DNA from: a virus
Taxonomy: Duplodnaviria > Caudoviricetes
Strand: one strand, 5' to 3'
Length of the DNA: 64,000 nucleotides
IMG/VR virus record: IMGVR_UViG_3300049781_000059
Location: 1-64,000 of that record
The notes below the pieces were generated by a model. It did no database searches, had not been told where the DNA came from, and saw nothing but the letters and a program-made list of their open reading frames with translations. How positions within the stretch are numbered: the first letter of the stretch is position 1; each line of letters starts with the position of its first letter. A program made the translations under genes and the position numbers. Positions 9,029 through 17,600 of this stretch are shown here, piece by piece.

Positions 9029-9035
9029 TGAGTCC

Positions 9036-9323
9036 ATGACGAACCCGCCGAGCCCATTCGAGAACCTCAAGCATCTCGCCGAGCAGGGCGACGCCACACG
9101 GCGCGCCAAGGATGTAGGCGCGGCATTGCAAGCCATCCCCGACTTGCAAAAGTGGCTGCGCGAGATCCGACACGAAGCCGTGCGGGAGATGCGCGACGAC
9201 GGGCTCAGTCATGCTCAAGTTGCCGCCGAACTCGGCATCAGCAGGGCGCGCGCTCAGCAAATCGCCGAGGGTCGAACCACCGGCAAGCGGGCCGACGAAG
9301 AGTCGGACAATCACCCCAAATAA
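9036..9323 (+). CDS. HTH DNA-binding protein
   Basis: DGLSHAQVAAELGISRARAQQIAEG. Confidence 0.85.
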   Translation: MTNPPSPFENLKHLAEQGDATRRAKDVGAALQAIPDLQKWLREIRHEAVREMRDDGLSHAQVAAELGISRARAQQIAEGRTTGKRADEESDNHPK

Positions 9324-9324
9324 T

Positions 9325-9352
9325 GCCCGCGATATGGCATGTTATCGAGAGT
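9325..9352. other. candidate dif/lox-like recombination site (11-6-11)
   Basis: GCCCGCGATAT-GGCATG-TTATCGAGAGT: inverted CGATA cores, 6-bp spacer, 1.2 kb from tyrosine recombinase. Confidence 0.45.
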
Positions 9353-9407
9353 CCCGCAGCCCAACCGAGCGCGACTGCTGAAGCGTTGAGGCCCACCTCT
9401 GGACGCG

Positions 9408-9456
9408 ACGACTACGCCCCGCACCGCCGCCGAAGCGGGATGCGGGGCGTAGTCGT
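9408..9456. terminator. stem-loop between convergent genes
   Basis: ACGACTACGCCCCGCA / TGCGGGGCGTAGTCGT perfect 16-bp stem. Confidence 0.75.
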
Positions 9457-9765
9457 TCAGGCGGATTCGTCCTCGGCGATCTGCGCCGCTTCGAGGAAGG
9501 CTTGGTGGCGTGCCGTCCCTGCTGGATGCCGGCGGGCTGCCGCCCGCAGCTCGTCGGCCACCTTCCTCCGGGTCTGGGCGGCGTCCCAACCTTCTTCCGT
9601 GATGCCCAGCTCCTTAGCCAGATGGACGGTCAGCGCACCGATGATGGGAAGGAGGAGCTTCTCGTCCGGGTCGCCGATCTGCCACGTTGAGCGCCCGAGA
9701 CCTTCGCGGGCTGCGGCGAGCATGGCATCGAGGATGGGGCGCACGTCGCGCTGGGAGTCGCTCAT
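9457..9765 (-). CDS. hypothetical protein
   Basis: Helical protein-like ORF with high-GC codon usage. Confidence 0.6.
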   Translation of the reverse strand: MSDSQRDVRPILDAMLAAAREGLGRSTWQIGDPDEKLLLPIIGALTVHLAKELGITEEGWDAAQTRRKVADELRAAARRHPAGTARHQAFLEAAQIAEDESA

Positions 9766-9984
9766 GCCAGGCGAGCCTACGACTCTTTACCGGGCAAGCG
9801 GCAACGCGCAAGGGAACGTTATGCGCTACCTCTGCCCCCGGGACATGGCGACGCCCCCGCCGCTGGGGTGCGGTCGGGGGCGTGGCGTCAGTCGTCGTTG
9901 CTGTCGTCGGGTGGCCAGTCGGGTTCGATGAAGGGGCGGGGTGACAGCCAGAACGGCGGCTCCTCCTCGGGCATGACGAGTCTC

Positions 9985-10653
9985 CTATCCGTATTGGCGA
10001 CGGTTGGGGTCGAGGGCCAGGGGCTGTGGGCTGTCGTCGCCGGGCTCGGGTTGGGGGGCGGCGTCCTTGCGGCACACCAGCGCTTCGGGGTCATACGACG
10101 GGGTTTGCAGGCTGTACCCGTCGGGGCAGGCCGGTCCGGGCGGGCCTTGCTCGCCTCGCGCGCCCGTCTCCCCTTGGGGCCCCGGTTCGCCTTGGGGTCC
10201 GGGCGGGCCCGGCTCTCCTTGCGATCCGGGTGGCCCGCCCGGTCCTGCCGGGCCGGTCGCCCCAGCCGGGCCCGGTTCGCCGGCCGGGCCGTCGGTTCCG
10301 CTGGCGCCGTCGCTGCCCGGTGCGCCGGACGGTCCCGGTGCGCCGGACGGGCCAGGCGGCCCTGTCGGACCGGGCGCCCCCAGGTCTCCTTGCGGACCTC
10401 GTGGTCCGGCGACGCTCTCACCGGGTTCTCCTCTGCTGCCCGGGGGGCCAGCGACAGGGCTCGCCCCGAGGTCTTGCACCTGTGAGGCGAGAGCGTCGCG
10501 AGCCTGGTTCGCCGACCGCAAGTCATGGGAGAGCGCGATGACTTGGATGGCGAGCCAGCCCAGTAGGAGCAGGACGACCGCGCCGGTCAGGCCGATGAGC
10601 CACTCGGCGCGCGGGAGACGTAGGCCGCGGCGTTTCTGGCGGGTGCCGGTCAT
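9985..10653 (-). CDS. membrane-anchored collagen-like protein of the lysis cassette
   Basis: N-terminal TM, coiled coil, long Gly-X-Y run, C-terminal CPDGY...LVC. Confidence 0.85.
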   Translation of the reverse strand: MTGTRQKRRGLRLPRAEWLIGLTGAVVLLLLGWLAIQVIALSHDLRSANQARDALASQVQDLGASPVAGPPGSRGEPGESVAGPRGPQGDLGAPGPTGPPGPSGAPGPSGAPGSDGASGTDGPAGEPGPAGATGPAGPGGPPGSQGEPGPPGPQGEPGPQGETGARGEQGPPGPACPDGYSLQTPSYDPEALVCRKDAAPQPEPGDDSPQPLALDPNRRQYG

Positions 10654-11000
10654 TTCGCGACCACCGCCCAGATCGCGACGGCGGCGGCGAGCAACCCCAT
10701 CAGGACGGGCACGATCGCCTGGTAGAGGCGGGCTTGTCGGTCCTTTTCGCGGCGGTCGCGTTCGTCGAGCTGGTACTGCTCGAATGCGGCTTCAACGGCT
10801 TCGCGGGTGCTGATCTCTTTCTGTAGGTCTTGTGACAGGGCGGTGATGCGCTGGTCGGTGTGAGCCGACTGGAGGGCGTACACCTCGGCCGACACCAGCC
10901 TGTCGAGGCGGCTGTTGATGGACGCCATGCCGTCGCGGAACTCGTGGCGCATGGCGTCCACCGTGCGCCCGAGTTCGCCGACGCTCAGCTCGTCGGGCAC
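10650..11000 (-). CDS. coiled-coil protein with C-terminal TM (lysis cassette)
   Basis: Coiled coil then [21 protein letters not shown]; overlaps collagen gene. Confidence 0.75.
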   Translation of the reverse strand: MPDELSVGELGRTVDAMRHEFRDGMASINSRLDRLVSAEVYALQSAHTDQRITALSQDLQKEISTREAVEAAFEQYQLDERDRREKDRQARLYQAIVPVLMGLLAAAVAIWAVVAK

Positions 11001-11020
11001 GGGCTGCTCCGTTCAGAGGG

Positions 11021-11377
11021 TCAGACGCTGCGTGACGGTCTGGCGGTGGCGGGCGTGGTGGTCGGGGAGACCTGGCCGCGGGTGAGGAGGCTGAGGACGG
11101 CGAGGACGACTGCGTTGAGGGCGCCGATCTTCTCCGGTCCGAGTTCCAGGCCGTAGGCGGCGAGGAGTGCGGCGACGGCGGCGACGAGTCCGGTGAACGC
11201 CGACGGGGCGATGGGCCGGGTGACAGCGGCGGTGGCGGCGGCGAACACGGCGGAGATGACGGCGACGATCGCGCCGGCCTGTTCGGCGGAGAGGCCGAAC
11301 TGGAAGGTGACGAGCAGGCTCAGGCCGGCGCTGATCGCGGAGATGACGAGCGCCGGCTCTCTCCCGAAGATCTTCAT
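11021..11377 (-). CDS. holin
   Basis: MKIFGREPAL...; four hydrophobic helices; LTRGQVSP tail; directly after endolysin. Confidence 0.8.
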   Translation of the reverse strand: MKIFGREPALVISAISAGLSLLVTFQFGLSAEQAGAIVAVISAVFAAATAAVTRPIAPSAFTGLVAAVAALLAAYGLELGPEKIGALNAVVLAVLSLLTRGQVSPTTTPATARPSRSV

Positions 11378-11382
11378 GGTGG

Positions 11383-12399
11383 CTACTTCCAGTAGAGGCC
11401 GCGCACGGTGGCGCTGCTGACGGTGATGGGGGCGGTGTCGTCGGGCGTCGCCGGGTAGTACACGACTTCGAGCCGCACCTTCTCGGCGCGGACGATGGAG
11501 CCCTTGTTGTGGAAGTCGGCGAACGTGTTGCCGTCCGTTGCGGGGCGCTCGAGGAGTGGGCCTGTCCAGCGGGTGTTGTCTGCCCGCAGGTGGTAGAACC
11601 GGCCCTGGAGTGTCGACCCGGGCGGGAGGACGGCGGTGATCTGCGCCATGGCGTCGTAGGCGACGGCGCCCGTGAGCAGGTCGGTCGTCTCGATGGGGAT
11701 CGTCGTCCACTTCCCCGGGGTGAGCTGCCGGGGCGTGGTGTCGTGCCGGCCGATGGGGTGTGGCATGTCGTCCTCCTGCTCGGGTGTGTCAGGGTTCCAG
11801 CCGGCGGGGTGTTGGAGGCGTTCGTGGACCCGCTCCCGCATCGACGCCATGGTGAAGCCGCGTGGGTCGACCTTTCCGGGCTGCCATTCGAGGTGGCCGA
11901 TGACGCTGCGTTCGTTCCAGCCGTGGTGGCGGCACACCGCGGCGGCAGCACGCTCGATCGCTTCCAGTTGGGCGGCGGGCCATGGATCTTCGCCGTCGCC
12001 GAGGTTTTCGCATTCGAAGCCGTAGAAGTGCCGGTTGCCGTCGGTGTTCGCCTCGTTGTCCGGGGGCAGGGCCTGCTCCCCGACGACGGCGCGCAGGACG
12101 TCGTCGTCGCCGAGCCCGGCGTGGTTGGCGCGGCCGTAGCCGACCAGGTGCACGCGGCCGTCCTTGGTGATGACGCCGTGGCAGAGCGGGCCGGGCAGGT
12201 CGCTGTGTCCGGTGCGGCAGATCTCCACCGTGCGGGCCGTGCCCCGGGTGACGGTGTGGTGGATCATCACGCCGTTCACCGGACCGAAAGGGCCCTTGTG
12301 GTTGCGGTTGTGGTTGCGCCAGTCGCCGACCTCGACGACCGTGAGGCCCTCAGCGCGCAGCGCCTGCAGGAAGCTGCCGGCACCCATCGGGTCGGCCAT
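11383..12399 (-). CDS. endolysin, N-acetylmuramoyl-L-alanine amidase (Amidase_2)
   Basis: VMIHHT, GRANHAG, YGFECEN, VIGHLEWQPGKVDP zinc-amidase motifs. Confidence 0.93.
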   Translation of the reverse strand: MADPMGAGSFLQALRAEGLTVVEVGDWRNHNRNHKGPFGPVNGVMIHHTVTRGTARTVEICRTGHSDLPGPLCHGVITKDGRVHLVGYGRANHAGLGDDDVLRAVVGEQALPPDNEANTDGNRHFYGFECENLGDGEDPWPAAQLEAIERAAAAVCRHHGWNERSVIGHLEWQPGKVDPRGFTMASMRERVHERLQHPAGWNPDTPEQEDDMPHPIGRHDTTPRQLTPGKWTTIPIETTDLLTGAVAYDAMAQITAVLPPGSTLQGRFYHLRADNTRWTGPLLERPATDGNTFADFHNKGSIVRAEKVRLEVVYYPATPDDTAPITVSSATVRGLYWK

Positions 12400-12701
12400 C
12401 AGGCCACCACCGGCGGTTCGTTGTCGTCCGGCTGTGTCCAGTACCCGGACAGTCGTCGGGCCGTGGCGTCGGGGATTCCGGCTGCGATCAGATCGTCGTA
12501 AGCGTTGTGCGCCTGCTGCTCGTTCTCGAGTCGCGTCTGCTCGCGGACCGTCTCTCGTGCGGCTTCGGCCGCGTCCATCTCGGCCTGATACGTCTCGGCG
12601 GTCACCACTTCCGCGCCTTCAGGCAGCTGCGGTTCGACGCCGTCGCTGGTCTCGGCCATGACGAGGCTGCCGGTCGCGGTTCGGTAGTAGATCGTGGGCA
12701 C
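12399..12701 (-). CDS. small tail-fibre-associated protein
   Basis: GTG start with AGGAG RBS; MPTIYYRTATG...AGIPDATARRLSG. Confidence 0.6.
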   Translation of the reverse strand: MPTIYYRTATGSLVMAETSDGVEPQLPEGAEVVTAETYQAEMDAAEAARETVREQTRLENEQQAHNAYDDLIAAGIPDATARRLSGYWTQPDDNEPPVVA

Positions 12702-12709
12702 GATGCTCC

Positions 12710-13549
12710 TTAGAGGATGATCCCGAAGGCGCGGATGAACGACTGGACCTTGTTGTATTCGGCGCCGCCGAACCCGGCCCCCGCCTGCACGAGCAGGTTC
12801 TGCGTCGCCGACGCGCCGGGCGCCACGGTGAAGTTGAAGACCTTCGTGAGCTGGGTGTGGATGTCGCGCAGGGTGCCGCTTCCGGTGTTTGCGACGCGCT
12901 GCATCTCGTCGCCGGTGATGCCCCACGTTGCGCCGCTGTTGGGTGGCAGGTCTATGTCGACGTCGATCTCTTCCTCGCAGATCACGAACATGGGCCTGCA
13001 CGGGTCCGGGTTTGTGATCGTCAGGGCGTGGTGTGCGATCTCGGTGGGGTATGCGGCCGGGACCAGGGTCGGGTCGTTGTTGTCGGTCGTCGACTGCTGC
13101 TGGAAGAACGTTCGGCCGCGCGGCAGTGTCCGCAGGCGGCCGGTGCTGTCGCAGTAGAGGTCGCCGCCTTCGGTGTCGAGGTTGCAGGTGAACGGCCATG
13201 TGCCGGTCGGGACGACGAGTGGTGTTCCGGTGCTGCCGTTGCCGTTGAGGCCGCAGCCGGAGACGACGGTTGCGCCGCCGCCTGCAGGCACCATCAGCCC
13301 GTCCGGTCCACACACGGCCGCGTTGGCAGGATCAGGGTCGAGGCGTAGCCCGGCAGCCAGCGGTGACGCGGTCGTCCCAGACCCTGCGAGCGTCACGCAC
13401 GAGTCATCGTTCGCGACTTCGAGCGGAGGCGGCGGATCGGCGCTGACGACGACGGGGACGCCCGGCGAGCCGTTGCCTTCAAGAGTGATGCCGGGGCCAG
13501 CAACGAAGGAGCAATTGCAGCGGTCTGTGCCGCATCCGCATCGAGCCAA
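12710..13549 (-). CDS. minor tail / fibre protein
   Basis: TTG start after repeated motif; MARCGCG; G.GS...P.V repeats shared with 24512..25636. Confidence 0.65.
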   Translation of the reverse strand: MARCGCGTDRCNCSFVAGPGITLEGNGSPGVPVVVSADPPPPLEVANDDSCVTLAGSGTTASPLAAGLRLDPDPANAAVCGPDGLMVPAGGGATVVSGCGLNGNGSTGTPLVVPTGTWPFTCNLDTEGGDLYCDSTGRLRTLPRGRTFFQQQSTTDNNDPTLVPAAYPTEIAHHALTITNPDPCRPMFVICEEEIDVDIDLPPNSGATWGITGDEMQRVANTGSGTLRDIHTQLTKVFNFTVAPGASATQNLLVQAGAGFGGAEYNKVQSFIRAFGIIL

Positions 13550-13581
13550 GGTGATCAACCCTCGAAACTGGGTTCTTGGCT

Positions 13582-13613
13582 CGGCCCACAACCAGCAGCT
13601 AGCACACAGGATA
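13582..13613 (-). promoter_or_regulatory. late-gene leader motif copy 1 (TATCCT-N11-GCTGGTTGTGGGCCG)
   Basis: One of 8 conserved copies upstream of structural genes. Confidence 0.75.
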
Positions 13614-13646
13614 CCCACCGGTCGTCGGCTGCCAGGCGCCTCGCGG

Positions 13647-14369
13647 TCAGCCGTAGAGTTCCAGCATGACGAGCCCGGTGCCGCCAGCGGCGCCATCGTT
13701 GCGGTTACCGCCGATGGACGCCGCGCCGCCTGCTCCGGCTCCGTAGCCGCGCGGCAGTGTGCCGACGCCGTCATTTGAGCGGGCGAAGCCGCCGTAGCCG
13801 AAGCGGGAGTCGCCACCACCGCCGGACACGCCAAGGCCCCCCGACAGTCGGAACGCCGTACCTCCGGCGCTGCCACCGTATGCGAGCTGCCCTGTCCCCG
13901 CTCCCGGGCCCGGCACGCCGACCTGCGTGTTGAGCGTGGTCCCCGACGTCATGTTCGCCGGGGAGCCATCGCCGCCGTTCGCGAGAACAATGCCGGCGAA
14001 GCTGCTGCTACCTCCGGCGCCTCCGGCGTTGTTGCCCTCCCCGCCCGCGCCGCCGGCACCGACAGCGATCGTCTCGACGTCACCGAGCAGGTCCGCCTCA
14101 AGGAGCGACATGGAGTAGCCGCCGCCCGCGCCGCCGGGCCGCGTGATCGCCTCGTCGTTCGCTGCGTCCGCGCCGGCCGATCCCCCGCCGCCGCCCTGCA
14201 CCTGTACGCGGATCCTGGCGAGCCACGGGTAATCCTCTTTGCGGAACTGGTAGGTGCCGGGCTCCTTGAAGACGAGGATCTCACGGAGTCCCATCGTGCC
14301 CGGATTGAGGCACAGTTCACCGGCGTCATTCACGTTGAAGTACTCGCCACAGGCGCAGACACTCGCCAC
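13647..14369 (-). CDS. glycine-rich minor tail protein
   Basis: QVQGGGGG...GGAGGGY...ITVGAGG-type Gly-rich fibre domain; MASVCACG start. Confidence 0.75.
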   Translation of the reverse strand: MASVCACGEYFNVNDAGELCLNPGTMGLREILVFKEPGTYQFRKEDYPWLARIRVQVQGGGGGSAGADAANDEAITRPGGAGGGYSMSLLEADLLGDVETIAVGAGGAGGEGNNAGGAGGSSSFAGIVLANGGDGSPANMTSGTTLNTQVGVPGPGAGTGQLAYGGSAGGTAFRLSGGLGVSGGGGDSRFGYGGFARSNDGVGTLPRGYGAGAGGAASIGGNRNDGAAGGTGLVMLELYG

Positions 14370-14394
14370 AGCACACCCCGTCCTCGGGAAGTCT

Positions 14395-14429
14395 GCCCGG
14401 CCCACAACCAGCGGCTAAGGGGAAGGGTA
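14395..14429 (-). promoter_or_regulatory. late-gene leader motif copy 2 (TACCCT-N11-GCTGGTTGTGGGCCGGGC)
   Basis: Conserved motif 26 nt upstream of the start at 14369. Confidence 0.8.
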
Positions 14430-14448
14430 GCGCCCGTGTTGCTGCTCG

Positions 14449-15003
14449 CTAGGGGGCTGTGGGCGGCTCCGTCGGTGCCGGCTCGTTGACGGGTGGCGTC
14501 TGGGGCAGTGGCACGGCCGTGCAGTGGACGGTGATTCCGGGTCCGGCAGGGATGGTGGGGAGCAGTCCGAGACCGAGAAGGGGGCGGGTGCGCCAGACCT
14601 GCAGGACGGCGGCCTCGGTTGTGACGTCGAGCAGTGTGACGGTGAGGCTGGTGTTGTCGTCGGGTTCGGTGTCGACTGGCAGTGCGGAGATCACGGGGGG
14701 TGAGGTGAGTGGTGCGGGGAACGTCCACAGGGCGCGGCCTGCGTTGTCGGTGACGGTGAGGCCTGCGAGTGGTGGCGTGCCGGGTGGTCCGGCCGGCCCG
14801 GGCTCGCCCTGGGGTCCGGGGGGTCCGGGCTCGCCGGGTCGTCCTGTGTCGCCCTGGGGGCCGCGCTCGCCGGGTGGTCCGGGTGTTGCTGCTCGCGTCC
14901 GTGCCGATACTTGAGCTGCTCGTGCCTGTTGCCGTACTTCCCGTAGTACGCCCGCCATGGGGCTGTCCGGGTTGCGGCGGGCGGCTGATCCTCGCACTGC
15001 CAT
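14449..15003 (-). CDS. collagen-like minor tail protein
   Basis: [34 protein letters not shown] followed by a beta-rich domain. Confidence 0.75.
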   Translation of the reverse strand: MAVRGSAARRNPDSPMAGVLREVRQQARAAQVSARTRAATPGPPGERGPQGDTGRPGEPGPPGPQGEPGPAGPPGTPPLAGLTVTDNAGRALWTFPAPLTSPPVISALPVDTEPDDNTSLTVTLLDVTTEAAVLQVWRTRPLLGLGLLPTIPAGPGITVHCTAVPLPQTPPVNEPAPTEPPTAP

Positions 15004-15004
15004 G

Positions 15005-16012
15005 TCATCCCCCTGCCGGGGCGAGGTGCACGGCGACGGTCTCGCCCGTGCTGTCTTCGGTGACCTTCAGACCGTTGATCTTCATCGACTGGTTGATGGT
15101 GCGGCATGTCCGTGTGGTGGTGACGTCGACGCACCAGCCGGGCACGAGCGATTCGAGGTTGATCGCGGCGTCGGGTGACAGCGTCGCCTCTTGCGAGGAG
15201 ATGAACACCGGCGCCGGAAGTGCGCCGCGGCGTCGTGAGCGTGCCGCGGCGTCCGCCGACGCCTGATCAAGGATCGAAGTCTCTTCGACGTACTGCTCGA
15301 GTAGCCCGTAGTACGGGTCTTTGCCGCCCGCGATGCCGAGGGCGCCGTCGCGGCCTTCGACGATCCAGCGGGTTCCGAGGGCGGTGCCGTCCTCGGACAC
15401 GGTGAGCCCGTCGGGGAAGTCGGCGTCGGTGAGCCGTCCGACGCGCGCCTGGTGGTCCTCCGGCATGAGTAGGATGCGGCGGCCGACGGTGGTGAAGTCG
15501 ATGCCTGTTTCGGCGAGTTTCCGCAGGTGATCGCCGGTTTGGCCGATGCTCTGTTCGTACTCGCGGTCGCCGAGGATGCGGGCCCGGCCGATGATTTGGA
15601 CTTCGTGTCCGGGGTCGTCCGGTGCGAAGCCGTCGCGGATGAGCCAGGCCGCGATCTCTGTCAGGTCCCGTTGCGTGAAGTGGATCGATTCGTGTGGGAC
15701 GCGGCGGTCGAGCCAGCCGAGCACGTCGACGGCTTGGATTTCGACGCCGTCCGCTGTCCAGTCCGGCAGGATGATGGGCCCTTCCCACACGAAGTGGCCG
15801 TTGCGGTAGATCATCAGGTTGTGTCGCCAGGTGCGGACGTTGGCGAGCGCGGCGCAGCAGCCGCGGTCGGGTTGGATTGTCACGCGGGCTGAGCTGAGGT
15901 CGTCCAGGACTCGTGTCCATTCGACTTTGGTCAGCACGTCCGCCGTGGTGATCGTCGCGCCGTCCCGGTCGACGATCCGCGCCGTGTGTGAGCCGCAGCC
16001 GAGTGTCGTCAT
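15005..16012 (-). CDS. minor tail protein (baseplate hub / Tal-like)
   Basis: Position two genes after TMP; W.R.LDD.S.A.V, RNG..VWEGPI, LE...E motifs of Sipho ReqiPepy6-type hubs. Confidence 0.75.
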   Translation of the reverse strand: MTTLGCGSHTARIVDRDGATITTADVLTKVEWTRVLDDLSSARVTIQPDRGCCAALANVRTWRHNLMIYRNGHFVWEGPIILPDWTADGVEIQAVDVLGWLDRRVPHESIHFTQRDLTEIAAWLIRDGFAPDDPGHEVQIIGRARILGDREYEQSIGQTGDHLRKLAETGIDFTTVGRRILLMPEDHQARVGRLTDADFPDGLTVSEDGTALGTRWIVEGRDGALGIAGGKDPYYGLLEQYVEETSILDQASADAAARSRRRGALPAPVFISSQEATLSPDAAINLESLVPGWCVDVTTTRTCRTINQSMKINGLKVTEDSTGETVAVHLAPAGG

Positions 16013-16038
16013 GCCGGGCCGTCCCTTTCCCTGTGCGT

Positions 16039-16071
16039 GCCCGGCCCACAACCAGCGGCGTGGCAAGTCTA
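16039..16071 (-). promoter_or_regulatory. late-gene leader motif copy 3 (TAGACT-N9-GCTGGTTGTGGGCCGGGC)
   Basis: 27 nt upstream of the start at 16012. Confidence 0.8.
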
Positions 16072-17508
16072 GAGTCCTGGCCCGTACTCGAGTCCTGTGA
16101 GCGCGAGCCGGATCGTCGCATCGTCGGCCGGAGTGAAGATCGCGTCGGCGTGGATTGCGACGCAGTACGAGGCGCAGTCGAGCAGCGGGAACGTGAGGGG
16201 TGCGCCGTTGCGGCCGTAGGCGTCCGGTGATCCCTCGCAGACGCCGCCGCACTCGACGATCGCCCGGCCGATCTGCCCGTCGAGGCGGAGTGTGCCACCG
16301 GCTGGCACATAGGCGATCTCGTAGACGCTGTGCGGGTTGCAGCGCTCGGCGTCGACTACGTCTTCGCACGTCATGCCTTCGTGGTTGTCCGTGCGCTCGT
16401 AGATCTCGACGGTGATCCGGCGCAGGGCCTGACTGCCGGCATAGATTTCGATCATCGGTGCGGCGCCGAACCACCGCGGCCACGCCTCCAGGTCGAGTTC
16501 GAGGTACGTCGAGTTCACGGCGATCGCCCGGCAAAAGCACGTGTCCGGTTCCGGAGGGGCCGGTGGTGTCGGTGTCTGACACCTCGGATCCGCGCACCGT
16601 TCCTGCGGGTCCGGGCATGCGGCGAGCCGGCACGTCTGGTCGCAGGGGGCGTCGCGGTCCAGGACGGACCAGGACACCGCGCAGTCGGCATCGTCCACGA
16701 CCGGCGCCGTCACCGAGTCGGCCGTGCACGCCGCGTCCGGCTCCAGACAGACAGGGCTGCTCGGTGCGGTCGGGCTGCGGTGTACACACCAGGTGATGCA
16801 CTCGGCGCCGTCATCGGTGGGCAAGGCCAGGTCCAGGGTCGGTATGGGGTCGGACCACTGCCACGGGGATGCTGCGGTGAGAACGAATTCGACGGTGATG
16901 ATGTCGGCGCCGGAGCTGCATTGGCCGCTGGTGCAGCCGTCGCCGGAGCGGCTCGTCACCCGCGGCCCGTCGATCAGTGCGACGCGGCGCAGTGTCCGCC
17001 GGTGCCGCGCCGCGAACTCGTCTGGGGTGAGGCCCTCGCCGGGACAGCAGTTGTAGATCGTCATGCAGTCGTCGCTGCAGGGGCCGCCGCAGCCTGCGAG
17101 TGCCTGTCGTAGCCAGCGCAGCCCGTACTCGGCGCCGCAGCACGAGGCGCCGAGCAGGAGGCCCGTCACGGTGACGGTGAGGGGTTGGGGGACGGCAGGG
17201 CCGATGACGGCGCCTCCGGCAGCGGACTGCGTCACCGTCCGGGAGACGGGGTTGTCGTCGAGCCCTTCGACGGTGAGGACCAGCAGTCCGGCGAACTCGC
17301 CGGACTCCGGCACGTCCGGGTCATACCAGGGGGCGTTGTCCTCAGCCGGTGTGGTGTAGGGCTCGTCGCCGACGAGTTGCGCGGTGAACGTTTCGCACGC
17401 GCAGACGCCGATGCTGTCGAGCGGTGACCCGACCGTCTGGAGATACGTCTCGAGCCGGGCCGAGTTGGCGATCTCGACATCGCCGAGCGCGAGGTAGCCG
17501 TCGAGCAT
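16069..17508 (-). CDS. distal tail protein (Dit-like), Cys-rich
   Basis: First gene after TMP; MLDGYLALGDVEIANSARL, PWYDPDVPES.EFAG. Confidence 0.75.
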   Translation of the reverse strand: MLDGYLALGDVEIANSARLETYLQTVGSPLDSIGVCACETFTAQLVGDEPYTTPAEDNAPWYDPDVPESGEFAGLLVLTVEGLDDNPVSRTVTQSAAGGAVIGPAVPQPLTVTVTGLLLGASCCGAEYGLRWLRQALAGCGGPCSDDCMTIYNCCPGEGLTPDEFAARHRRTLRRVALIDGPRVTSRSGDGCTSGQCSSGADIITVEFVLTAASPWQWSDPIPTLDLALPTDDGAECITWCVHRSPTAPSSPVCLEPDAACTADSVTAPVVDDADCAVSWSVLDRDAPCDQTCRLAACPDPQERCADPRCQTPTPPAPPEPDTCFCRAIAVNSTYLELDLEAWPRWFGAAPMIEIYAGSQALRRITVEIYERTDNHEGMTCEDVVDAERCNPHSVYEIAYVPAGGTLRLDGQIGRAIVECGGVCEGSPDAYGRNGAPLTFPLLDCASYCVAIHADAIFTPADDATIRLALTGLEYGPGL

Positions 17509-17531
17509 GGGCGAGCCCTTCAGGATGAGTG

Positions 17532-17571
17532 GCCCGGCCCACAACCAGTCGGCAGCTGTTTGGCAAGTCTA
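17532..17571 (-). promoter_or_regulatory. late-gene leader motif copy 4 (TAGACT-N16-ACTGGTTGTGGGCCGGGC)
   Basis: 24 nt upstream of the start at 17508. Confidence 0.75.
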
Positions 17572-17600
17572 GGCAGCCGGAAGTCCCAGCCTGTCGGCGT

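Noticed and set aside
9888-9974. 28-aa ORF MPEEEPPFWLSPRPFIEPDWPPDDSNDD after the collagen gene
   Set aside because: Has a plausible RBS but is too short and low-complexity to support without homology data
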